Shown here piece after piece: positions 31,201 to 42,800 of a stretch of 64,000 nt of DNA. The DNA comes from Leucoraja erinacea. Taxonomy: Eukaryota. The notes beneath the pieces are model-generated. The model ran no database searches and was not told the DNA's origin. It was given only the letters and a program-made list of their open reading frames with translations. The translations under genes and the position numbers were made by a program. The stretch's first letter is position 1. The number at the start of each line of letters is the position of its first letter. The stretch spans positions 13,392,001 to 13,456,000 of the forward strand of contig NC_073411.1 in NCBI RefSeq assembly GCF_028641065.1. The letters run 5' to 3'.

Positions 31201-34200
31201 GTCTGTGGAATTCTCTGCCTCCGAGGGCGGCTCTCTGGATACTTTCAAGAAAGAGCTAGATAGGGCTCTTAAAGATAGCGGAGTCAGGGGATATGGGGAG
31301 AAGGCAGGAACGGGGTACTGATTGTGGATGATCAGCCATGATCACATTGAATGGCGGCCCTATCTAGCTCTCTCTGGAAAGTATCTAGAGAACCGGCCTC
31401 CATTCTGAGGCAGAGAATTCCACCGACTCACAACTCTCTGAACTGAAATGTGACAATAATGCACTAAGATACATGCGGCTCTGTCCTCTGTGGTTTACTG
31501 ATGTCTGTGTCCTTGGTTTCAGCTCAGTTTGCTGCATTCCTGAAGCAGAACGTGCTGGTGAAGAAGAATTCCAGTCCGGCCAACTCATCCTGCGTCTTCG
31601 GTGAGTATGTGTGTGTGTTTGTTTCTGAGTGTGTGTGTGTGTATGTGTTTATTTTTGTGTGTGCGTGTGTGTCCTCTCCCCTGACCCTCAGTCTCCGTAT
31701 CTGCAGTTCCTTCCCACACAGTGTTGCTGACAGTGCAGCCCACCCCCCCTCCCCAGTGCCGCAGCCCACCTGTGCTGCAGGTGACCCCTGACCTGCTGGC
31801 GAGCGCAGTCTTTCCCTGAGCCGCAAGCCCATGGCGCAGTCCGCCGTGCTAGAGGTAGAAGCAGGAACAGGCCATTCGACCCCTCATGTCCGCTGCCTCA
31901 TTTTATGATGTAATTGCTGATCTCATACCCAGTCACCCCATTACTGGAGGCTCAGGAGAGGGTGCAGGGGAGGTTTACCACGATGTTGCCTGGATTAGAG
32001 GGCATTAGTTACAGGGAGAGGTTGGACAAACTTGGATTGTTTTCTCTGGAGCACTGGAGGTTGCAGGGAGACCTGATGGAAGTGTATAGAATTATGAGAG
32101 GCATAGTCAGAATTTTTTACCCAGGATGGAACAAATCAAATACTAGAGGGCTTAACTTTAAGGGGAGAGGGGCAATGTTGAATGGAGATGTGTGGGGCAA
32201 GATGGTGGTGGGGGCAGATACGATCGTGGTGTTTGACAGGTTTTTTGAAAGGCACATGGACATGCAGGGAATAGAGGGCTATGGATCACATGCGGAGAGA
32301 CGAGAGATGATTTTGGCATTGTGTTTAGCACAGATATTGTGGGCCGAAGGGCCTGTTCCTGTGCGATACTGTTGTACGTGCGATGTTCCCCAACGTCAGC
32401 CTCGTGCCTGGTGCCGCAACTCCCGGTGCTGTTCCGGCTGTAAGTGTTATGTTCCTGGTGCGGCAAATGCCCGGTAGTGATGTACCGTGCGCCAGTCCCC
32501 GCCGGTGCCGCTAACGCCCAGCGCTGTGTTGCCCCCTACAGTACCTGTGACATCGGAGCCGCAGGATGTCGGGGACAAGGACGACGCTAAGGCGCAGCTG
32601 AAGCGACGGCAGGCCACGAGCCCCACGCCCCTCGTCTCCAAACCCGCCAAGAAGGCCAAGATCAAGGTGACCATCCTGTCCCACGGAGACGTGCCGGCCT
32701 CCACCGCCCTGCCCTATGCTGGAGCCAAGGACGGTGAGCTCTGCCGCTGCTGGGCACCGCTCTCCCGACCCCACGGTCCCTGTGGTGCAGGGGCCCAACA
32801 AGAGGGCTGTAGTTTGGGGGAAGGGTTGGGGATGATGAGACACTGGAGAATAGACCAGGTGGAGGTGCCTGGAGTGTAAGTGCAGTGATAGAACACAGAA
32901 CAGGCCCTTCGGCCCACAATATCCGTGCTGAAAGTCAAACTCCCTGCACGTGACATATGATCATGGCTGATCATCCAACTCAGTATCCCGTACCTGCCTT
33001 CTCTCCATACCCTCTGATCCCCTTGGCCACAAGGGCCACATCTAACTCCCTCTTAAATATAGCCAATGAACTGGCCTCAACTACCCTCTGTGGCAGAGAG
33101 TTCCAGATATTCACCACTCAGGGAATGGAGTGACCAATATCTCTCCATTCCCTGCCTATCTTACAAAAAAAGACACAGCATGCTGGAGTAACTCAGCGGG
33201 TCTGACAGCGTCTCTGGAGGACTGAGTAGGTGAAGTTTCGTGTTGAGACCCTACGTTAGACTGGAGCTTCTCGACATGAAACAACACCTATCCATGTTCC
33301 CCACAGATGCTGCCTGACCCACTGAGTTACTCCAGCGCTTTGTGTGTTTTTTTTTAATAAACCAGCTCTTGCATTACATTGTGCCCGTCTATCTAAAGCG
33401 GTGTGGAACAATGTTCTCTCTGGTCTGGAGAACTCAGAACATTCTTGGTGTGCTCCCCTCCCCCCCCCAGGCGTGCGGTGTGTGGGGCAGTGGGTGACGG
33501 GGGTGTGGGCTGGGGAGTTTGGGCCCGGTGTTTGTGAGGGTTGGTGATGGTGCCGCGGGGAAGTTGGGCAAACCCACGGCAGTGCTGACCTCGCGTGTGT
33601 GTCCCTCCCTCCTGACAGGCGGTGCCCCAAAGCCCTTGACCCTCTCCGTCAGCCAGCCAGCCTCCGTCACCAAGGAGTTGCTCGCCAGTCAGAGGTAAGT
33701 GGACGGGGCCCGTGTAACTGGTGTATGTGGAGGGTGGCACAGTGGGTAGAACAGCGCCAGAGACATAGAAAATAGGTGCAGGAGGAGGCCATTCGGCTCT
33801 TCCAGCCAGCACCGCCATTCATTGTGATCATGGCTGATCGTCCCCAATCAATAACCCATGCCTGCCTTCTCCCCATATCCCTTGACTCCACTAGCCCCTA
33901 GAGCTCCATCTAACTCTCTTAACTCCATCCAGTGACTTGGCCTCCACTGCCCTCTGTGGCACGGAATTCCACAAATTCACAACTCTCTGGCTGAAAAGTT
34001 TATTCTCACCTCAGTCTTAAATGACCTCCCCTTTATTCTATGACTGTGGACTGTGGACTGTGTGGGGGCAACTAATGTGGCCATACCACGCTGGCCACCT
34101 TCTCATTGCAACCCTGCCACAGGGGGGGAAGGTATAGGAGCCTGGGAACTGTAACGCCCAGGTTCAAGAGCAGCTTCTTCCCAACAACCTCCAAATAAGC

Positions 34201-37200
34201 TCGCAACCACATAGACTTGGGGGCAAAGGTTTTGTCTTTTTGTGCTATTGTTGTTGGTGTGTGTGTGTGTATGTATGTCTGGTGTCTATGTGTACGGTGT
34301 GTGTGTCTGTGTGTGTAGGGGGGACATGCGATCGGTGATGTGTGTGTGTGGGAGGATTAGTGATGCATGTGTGTGTATATACACCCCCCACCATGGTACG
34401 TTATATCGTGGGATTACTCTGGGGTCCATCTTGACCAAAATGGCGGCGGCGCGGGCACACCGCGACGCCCTGTGTCTCCCTAGAATGGGAAAAATAGCAA
34501 CTACCCTCCTACCATCCGGGAGGCGCTACAGGTCTCTCCGTTGCCGAACCAGCAGGTCAAGGAACAGCTTCTTTCCGGCGGCTGTCACTCTACTAAACAA
34601 CGTACCTCGGTGACTGCCAATCACCCCCCCCCGGACACTTATTATTTATTTTTTATTCAAATCGTTTGCTATGTCGCTCTTCAAGGGAGATGCTAAATGC
34701 ATTTCGTTGTCTCTGTACTGTACACTGACAATGACAATTAAATTAAAAAATTGAATCGGAATGCAGGCCAAGGGGACCAGCCCAGTCGGCCCCGGTGGTG
34801 TGGGTGGTGGGTGTGTCCCCGTGCCGTACAGCCCACTGACTCCTTGTTCTCTCCCTGTGGCCGCGGTGACTCGTTCAGCAGCTGCCCCGGTGCCACGGTG
34901 ACCACTGCCGCCCTGCCCACCAACACCAGCGCCTTCCACACCATCCAGGCCAGAGTGACCGCTGCCCCCGGCTCCACACAGCCAGCCCAGGCTCACCTGG
35001 GCCCCGCCACGCCAGGTAGGTGGCTCTGACCCACCCCTCCCCTCCCATCCCCTGCTGTCTGTGTGGAGTTTGCACGTTCTTCCTGTGACCGTGTGGGTTT
35101 CCTCCCACATCCCAAAGACGTGCAGGTTTATAGGCCGACACCAAGTACTGGAGTAACTCAGTGGGACAGGCAGCATCTCCGGATAGAAGGAATGGGTGAG
35201 GTTTCGGGTCGAGACCCTTCCTCAGACCAGGTGACGATACGATAGAACTTTATTTATCCCAGGAAGGGAAATTAATAAAAACACAAAGTACATGAAACAT
35301 GAAATTAAAATGATGAGTGGAAAGGCTTTGGGGATGTGCAGAGATTGGGGGGGGGGGGGGGGGGGTCAGTCTCAGTCTACCCCACAACAGAAGGGGAGCA
35401 GTTGTAAAGTTTGATAGCCAATGTTTAATTGTCCCTGATGTGTGTAGGATTGAGCTCGTGTACGGGTGGTTGTGGGCGGCTGCGAAGGCCCTGTCTCCGA
35501 GCTGTGTCTCTAAACTAAACTGTGGGCTTTGTATGCAGGGGCTCCGTCTGCCAGCAGCCTGCTCCAGGGCCTGAGCTTCAGTCTGCAGGACATGGGAACC
35601 AAGGCCAGCACCACCGGCCAGGTACAGCACGGCTCACGTCTCAGGCCCAGCCCGGCCTCCCCACTGTCACTGTCACAGCCTGGGGTGGAAGGGTTTGAAT
35701 GAGGGGGAGTGGGGTGGTGTCAGAGTGGGGGGGGGGGTGAGAGTGTGAAGGGGGGGGGGGGGTGAGAGTGAGGGGTGGAGGGGGAGTGAGGGGGTGAGGA
35801 TATGGGGGAAGGTGTGAGTGGGGGGGGAGGAGGAGTGACGGGGGGAAGGGTAGTGAGGGGGAGTGAGGAATGAGGGGGGGGTGGGTGTGAGGATATGGGG
35901 GAAGGTGTGAGTGGGGGGGGGAGGAGGAGTGACGGGGGGAAGGGTAGTGAGGGGGAGTGAGGAATGAGGGGGGTGGGTGTGAGGATATGGGGCAGTCGGG
36001 CAGGTGTGGGTTAACGGGCTGTGTTGTTGCTGCAGGCGGGCAATGTGAAGGGTGCGGGTCTTGTCCCGGTCACTTCCACTCCCATCGTGAGGACCATCGC
36101 CTCCCCTGCTGCGGCGATGCCGGTCGCCAAACCCAGCGCCATCCAGCAGCTGATCAGCAACGGGGGCCTGGCTAAGCTCACCGGCACCGCCGGCACCAGC
36201 ACCACAACAGGTAGAGCAGCACGGCCCACACCACAGACACACACACGCACGCACACGCCCTGCACACGCACGCACGCACACGCCCTGCACACGCACGCAC
36301 ACGCCCTGCACACGCACACCCCCCACACCACAGACACACACGCACGCACGCACACGCCCTGCACACGCACGCACACGCCCTGCACACGCCCTGCACATGC
36401 ACACGCACGCACACGCCCTGCACATGCACACACACACACACATGCCCTGCACACGCACACACGCACGCGCGCACACACACACACACGGCACACGCACACG
36501 CCCTGCACAACCCGAGCAACTATACGACCACCCACCCCTCATGCGCAACCACACCTCTCTCTCACACCCCCACAGACCCCCCCCCCCCCCCCCCCTCCAC
36601 CAACTGGGCAGCGCTCCCCCAGCTCCACCCCTGACGGGGATGTGGGATTGGCTCGGTAATGCACAATTGCCTGGCTTTGACCTTGCATTGACCCCGTGTG
36701 TTGTCCTCCCTCATGCCAGGCGTCAAGCCTCCCACCACTATCACGGTGACGCTGAGGGCCCAGGCTGTCCGCGGACCCACCCTGAACCAGCCCGGCACTG
36801 CCGCCGGCACCCTGGTGCTGGAGGGGACGGAGACGGAGGTGAGAGGGCCCCAGCCCCAGCAGGTGAGTGGCCGCTCCTCCTGGTGTTACTGGGTTTAAAA
36901 AGAACAGCTTGCAACCGCGGGAGTTAGTGGCACGAGGTGTTCACTCGAGCTGTGTGGAGTTTGCACGTTCCCCCTGTGACAGCGTGAGATTCCAGCGGGT
37001 GCTTCAGTTTCCTCCCACACTCCAAAGACGTGCGGGCTTGTAGGTAGACACAGAATGCTGAGGAAACTCAGCGGGACAGGCAGCATCTCCGGATAGAGGG
37101 AAGGGGTGATGTTTCGGATCAAGGCCCTTCTCCAGACTTCAGGTTAATTATCTTGTGTAAATTGTCCCTAGTGTGTGTGTGGGATAGAACTGGTGTAGGG

Positions 37201-39538
37201 GTGACCGTGGGTCGCTGTGGACTCGGTGACCCCCACAAGCAAACACACAATTCAATAGAAGACACAGAGTGCTGGAGTAACTCAGCGGGTCAGGCAGCTT
37301 CGCTGAAGAACATGGATAGGTGAAGTTTCAGGTTGAGACCCGTTTCAGGTCTGAAGAAGGGCCCCGACCCAAACCGTCACTTATCCATGTTCTCCAGAGA
37401 TGCTACTCCAGCACTCGGTGTCTTTTTTTTGTTGTAAACCAGCATCTGCAGTTCATTGTATCTATAGAACGGACGCATTTACTGACTGGTAGCGTTTTCA
37501 CTGACGTGGGAGGTTCTGGAGCAGGGAGGCCTGTTGTTCAGTGGAGTAAGAAAGCTCCCTCACGCCGAGTTCCCCCTCCACACAAAACCTTGCATCAGTA
37601 GATCATGTTCTGGCCAAGTTTGATGAATAGCTGTTAGGACGGGTATTGAACTGCTGGATTGGAGATACAGTGAGGATGGTCTGATGGTCTGCTCCGGGTC
37701 ACCCTCAACCTCGCAATGGCAACTTCTCCCATCCGAGTTGCCTTAACGGACGCGGGACTTGCCATCGTCCGCTGGGGGCTTTAACATTGGGAGAAGAATG
37801 GAACACAGGGGAGAGCCAAGACTTTGCCTTCCATCACAGTGAGGAGGAGATTCACTGTGATGGTTGTTTGTGTGTCTTGGTTCTTTTCTTGTTGTATGAC
37901 TGCAGAAACCAAATTTCGTTTGAACTTCTCTTGAGGTTCAAATGACAATAAATTTGTATTGTATGTTGGTGGTGAGACAGTGCTGGAGGCTGAACAGCTA
38001 CCTCCGGTTGCCATTAACCAGGTCCCCCAGTCGACCAAACTCAGAGACATGGGTCGTTCTTACTGTGTTATTCTCACTTGGAGGACGATTGGAATCTCTG
38101 GCGTATGGGGTTGGAAGTTCACTGCAGGGTAACGGTGCAGAGGTTATGACAATAGACAATAGGTGCAGAAGTAAGCCGTTCGGCCCTTCGAGCCAGCACT
38201 GCCATTCAATGTGATGATGGCTGATCATGCCCAATCAGTACCCTGTTCCTGCCTTCTCCCCATATCCCCTGACTCAGCTATCTTTAAGAGCCCTCTTTCT
38301 TGAAAGTAGCCAGAGAACCGGCCTCTGAGGCAGAGAATTCCACAGACTCACAACCTGTGAGTTGGGTGACTGATTTTTAATTGGTTTCTGTAAATTGCCC
38401 CTGGTGTGTATCAAAGTGGGATAGCATAGAACTAGTGTGACTGGGTGGGCCAAAGGGCATGTTTCCGCGCTGCATCTCTAAACTAAACTCACCCTGATGC
38501 TGTTTCCTCTCTGCAGTGCTCGGACCCTCTGCTCCAAATCCCAAGAGGCCAAGGTGTCGGCGCCATTGACCAGACCAAAGTGATCGCGGCACGGGACGCA
38601 ATCAAAGCTCAGCCCCCCCTGGAGACGAACCCCAACCCCCAGAGTCTCTCCTCAACTGTCGGTGAGTCTGCACCCAATTTAATGGGTGTTTTCAAGAGAG
38701 AGTTAGATTTAGCTTAGAGCTAAAGGAATCAATGGATATGGGGGAAAAAGCTAGAACGGGATAGTGATTTTAAATGATCATCCATTATCATATTGAATGG
38801 CGGTACTGGCTCGAATGGCATACTCCTGCACCTATTTTTTTTAATATTCTATGTTTCTATGTCTGCAGTCAATGTGGGCACACCCTGTGTTTGATATAGA
38901 ATCAAGCAACTACGAATGTTGGAGTAACTTAATGTCAGTCAATTTAAAGAAGGATCCCAACCTGAAATGTCACCCATCCATTTTCTCTAGAGATTGCTGC
39001 CTGGCCTGCTGAGTTGCTCCAGCATTAAGTTTTTATCCATACACCCCCTGCATGCTGTAACCTGGGGCAGGCGTGTTTGGGGAACATTGTCTAGTATCGA
39101 GGACCTGCATGCTTGAATGTTAAGTACACTGCTCAATGTTTGCTTATTTATTTTCCAGTTACAACAAGTCCAACCAAGACTCTCTATGTGATGTCTGATG
39201 CCAAGATGTCTGCCCTCACCAAATCGATTATCAGTCCTCTCGAAGTGTCCTCTCCGCGCACTCTGGGGACTCCCACTTTGAGCACAGTGGGTGCAGTGAT
39301 GAGTCCTTCCACCGTCAGCATGCTGTCCAAGGTCGGTCCTGTCCTCAGGAGCTCCTCCGGCCCCACCAACCTCGTCACGGCCGCTACAGGAGGGGAGAGG
39401 TTCAGCCTGGCCACTGGGGCTGCAAGTACAGAGACACTGGGCAAAGTGCCCTCAGTAATGGACCAAGGGAGCACCATCATCCACACTACTGCAACACCCT
39501 GCCTGGTGGGATCCTTGGCAACCAGCGGGCAGCAGTGA
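19285..39538 (+). CDS. KANSL3: KAT8 regulatory NSL complex subunit 3 (alpha/beta-hydrolase-like domain), 22 coding exons, ~1066 aa
   Basis: Exons 19285-19502, 20237-20407, 21750-21840, 22498-22683, 23175-23306, 23884-24000, 24568-24669, 25416-25487, 26160-26234, 27156-27313, 27869-27932, 29006-29203, 30876-31083, 31523-31600, 32542-32733, 33619-33694, 34879-35015, 35539-35621, 36036-36210, 36720-36862, 38517-38661 and 39159-39538. All are GT-AG and phase-compatible, totalling 3201 nt. Recognisable peptides: [88 protein letters not shown]. The last two exons are supported by frame and splice signals only. Confidence 0.95.
19525..20050. repeat. Polypyrimidine/polypurine low-complexity tract in KANSL3 intron 1
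   Basis: About 520 bp that is almost purely C/T. Similar tracts lie at 26745-26912, 35700-36000, 45390-45750, 56905-57325 and 60740-60955, and a (CA/CG)-rich tract at 36225-36510. Confidence 0.95.
21377..21404 (+). ncRNA. Minimal hammerhead ribozyme core in KANSL3 intron 2 (sense strand)
   Basis: CTGAAGA-T-AGGTC(TC)GACCT-GAAA-CGTC. The closing pair of stem II is A-U instead of G-C. Confidence 0.6.
22123..22376. mobile_element. Penelope-derived fold-back insertion
   Basis: Inverted arms. TSD ACAATGATGTGC(T/C)CAG at 22107-22122 and 22377-22392. Confidence 0.8.
23285..23420 (+). repeat. 35-bp tandem repeat spanning the KANSL3 exon 5 splice donor
   Basis: Four copies of GAGTCT(T/G)GTCCCACAACAAGCC(C/T)GTGAGTTACCCC; the fourth copy is degenerate. 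Confidence 0.9.
29684..29875. mobile_element. Penelope-derived fold-back insertion
   Basis: Near-perfect palindrome centred on GACGTTTCGGGTCGAGACCCGAAACGTC. TSD CAGCTGAG(T/A)TTTCCT at 29669-29683 and 29876-29890. Confidence 0.8.
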
Positions 39539-39742
39539 CTATCACCACCTCCCCCACACTGTCTGTAGGACAGGGACAAGTGTCGTTGCTTACTGCTTAT
39601 TTTTGTAATATTTTACTGGCTGTGTATAATTGCCGGATTTGTTGACTGCAGCACTCACTTCATCTTCCCCAGTGGTGGTACTAAAGCTGACCCCCAGTGT
39701 GGTACAAGGCTCCATCCACTACTGTCTCTGAGGGTAACAAGA

Positions 39743-39785
39743 AATAAAGAGCTGTGGAAACAAGGCTGTGGACATAAGATTTATT
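39743..39785. terminator. Convergent poly(A) signals of KANSL3 (+, AATAAA 39743-39748) and COX5B (-, AATAAA 39785-39780)
   Basis: These are the first canonical hexamers downstream of each stop codon, and they are 31 bp apart. Confidence 0.7.
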
Positions 39786-39882
39786 TAATATTTTATACTT
39801 GTGTAAACAATACAATACACCGGGCAGATAGATGCCCACGGAGTGGTGATCGTCAGGTCCCGAACCATGAAGGCAGCTCCAC

Positions 39883-42800
39883 TCAATGCTTGTGAGGAAC
39901 CAGCTTGTAATGAGCCCCACAGGATGGGCAGCGCTGGGCATCGCCCTCGTGAAGCCAGAACCAGATGACTGCAGTGTTGTCCTCCTCACCTACAGGAACA
40001 AAGTCTCCATTAGTGTCGGCACCACCACATATCACCGCAGTACCAAATCAAAACACCCTTGGACATACTTCCTACCGCTCCTTGAATGGTTGGATGCAAA
40101 TGCTTTCCTTAATCACCTTTATCATTTAAATATCCCCGTTCAAATCCCTCAGTGGGCTTGAGTAGTGTTGGCACCCTCATCTCTGCACCCTGGATTCTTA
40201 CACTCTGCTTATTTCAGTCTCACTATATTATACACAGGCAGCATCTCTGGATAGGAATGGGTGACGTTTCGAGTTGAGATCTTCTCCAGACTCTGAACCT
40301 GAAACGTCACCCATTTCTTTTCCCCAGGGATGCTGCCTGTCCCGCTGAATTACTCCAGCGTTTTGTGTCTATCTTCAGTGTAAACTAGCATCTGCAGTTC
40401 CTTCCTATTCACTAAATCATAATCCCTGAGATTGAGAAAGTCTGCTTCATCCTCAAGGTAGTAACACGATACACTAGCGACTGAACCCTCACGAGTTATA
40501 CACACAAGGTACAAGGGAAAGTGAGACAGGCAGCGGATTGCATTGACAGGGCCCCCACTATCCAGGCATGAATAGCAAGGGTACATGGGCTTGGATATTG
40601 CAATGCTTGTACAGTCCACTAGTGGGCAAGCTCGGGCTGCTAGAAGACAAGCCAACTTTCCAGTCAGTCAGGATGGAATGATCTGATTTGAGCTGGAATT
40701 GGGTTGAAGTGGTTTTTTTCTGGTGGGTTTGGTCGAAGGTGGTCACTGGTCAACACCAGGACAATGACTATCAGCTGTGGGAGGTATCCCCACACTGGCT
40801 GGTGCTACTGAACTCAGTGTCCATCTGCATCAGTGTTCCTGCCCACACCAGTGCTGCCTGGGCTCGGATCCTGAGCACACGGGCACCTGTGACTCAACAA
40901 ACATCACGTCCGGTAACAGCAACCAATGGATAATGTTACTCACACACGCAGCCCACAATCCTCTGGGTGGTGATGGATGGGACAATGTGGGGGTCACTCT
41001 TTGTCCCAGCGTACTCCTTTGGTTTCAGCACATTGTAGGGATCCTGTAAGGAACGACAGAGATAGTCACTGTCTGCCTCAACATCAAGGCAGTCACTAAA
41101 TACTGAACCTTCACCCAGTTACAGGCCCTGCATCCCACCGGCTCCGCACTAACCAGCAACCTACGCATATTAACACTGTCCTACACACACCAGGGACAAT
41201 TTTCACATTTACCAAGCCAATTTACCTACATACCTGTACGTCTTTGGAGTGTGGGAGGAAACCACTGATTGTGATCATTTTGAGAGTGCCATTTTGATCT
41301 TGCATCAAATCGTTTTTTAGCTAATTCTCTCAGGAAATAAATGATGCAAACATATTTCAGACTCAATCTGTGGAATCCATAAAATTGAGAATCCTTTACA
41401 AGTGGACACAGCCCAGGCACCCGTCCAGCTAACCCACAATTAACCCACCAGGCAGATTATACCAAGCGTGAAGGACCTGTGACCACCAGGCAGTACAGCT
41501 ATGTCCACACATCTTGCCCCAAGCGCTCAAAGCCTAGTGAATCTACAGGGCCCATGCCACTAGCTGCACTCGACAAACCCAGGCTCCTTCCCTTCTCGTC
41601 TGGACTGCTTTGGATCACCAGCGTTTGCAGGGAGACACAAATTGCTGAAGTAACTCATCAGGACAGGCAGCATCACTGGAGAGAAGGAATGTGTGACAAT
41701 TCAGGTCGAGATCCTTCTTCAGACAGCGTCTGCAAGGAAATGGCCAGAGTTCCTTACGTACCTTCCCGGCTTTCATAGCCTCCATGATGATCTTTTCCAA
41801 TCCTGTTGCCTGTTCTTCATCAGTTGGGATGCCTGTAGTTCAGAAGGGAAAGCATGTCAAGAGGCCAGTAATAATGTTCATGCAGTCAGCAAGGGGGCAT
41901 GGAGGCACGAGCAACACAAGGTGTCGATCTGGGAGTAAGTGAACCTGTCACATCACAGCAGCAGAACACCACTGAATGAATCAACACTCATACCGATGCC
42001 CGAGTGGGAGATAGTGTCAGGCGAGCTGCCTCTGCTGTAACTGAAGAAGGGTCTCGACCTGAAACGTCACCCACTCCTTCTCTCTAGAGCAGTGGTTCCC
42101 AAACTTTTTTTGGCCATGCCCCACCTAATCACCTCTAAAATCCTGATGCCCCCCCCCCCCCCCCATGTGGTGATATATAATTCTTATCATAAGAGGCAGA
42201 AAGGAGACCGTTCATCATGGACAGCGGGTATGAAACCAAGTTTTAAATATTCCTCTGAATACTGACGAACTTTCTTCTTGCTTGCACCACTCATTTTAGC
42301 ACGAGCAGACAAATAAATAATTCTCAGAAAATGGATTGCTTTCCCTTGAGAGAAAACGGAGGAAATAGATATTATAAGGGTAACTTAGCAAAAGCTCTTT
42401 GAATCGCATTTCTAAATCCAATTCAATAAATAAGGTTCTCCCATGACCTCGCGCGCTTCGTGCGACGTGCATGAAGAGCGATGGCGCGGTGATTATGTAA
42501 TAACTACACAATAAAGACCTTTTTTACCCCCAAAAAATTATTTACTCAAAATAACATCTGAAACATAAACTACATATGTTTACCTGATGGAAAATCCAAA
42601 AAAATAAAAATCGAAAATTTGGACCCAGACCTCCTCAGTCGCGCTCAATTGCCCCCCTTAAAAATCAAATTTCCCCCCTGTGGGGCGTACGCCCCACGTT
42701 GGGAACCACTGGTCTAGAGATACTGCCTGTCCCACTGAGTTGCCAGCATCTGCAGTTTCTTCCTACACATTTCCTCTGCTGTAACCAATCGCAGTTCATA

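Noticed and set aside
34436-34452. YY1 motif CAAAATGGCGGC in a KANSL3 intron as an internal promoter
   Set aside because: It is an isolated motif within a short repeat-like patch adjoining a Rex1 fragment, with no CpG island or exon support.
34832-34878. Upstream acceptor (TACAG at 34831) for KANSL3 exon 17
   Set aside because: It gives the wrong phase and an early TGA. The TTCAG acceptor at 34878 keeps the frame.
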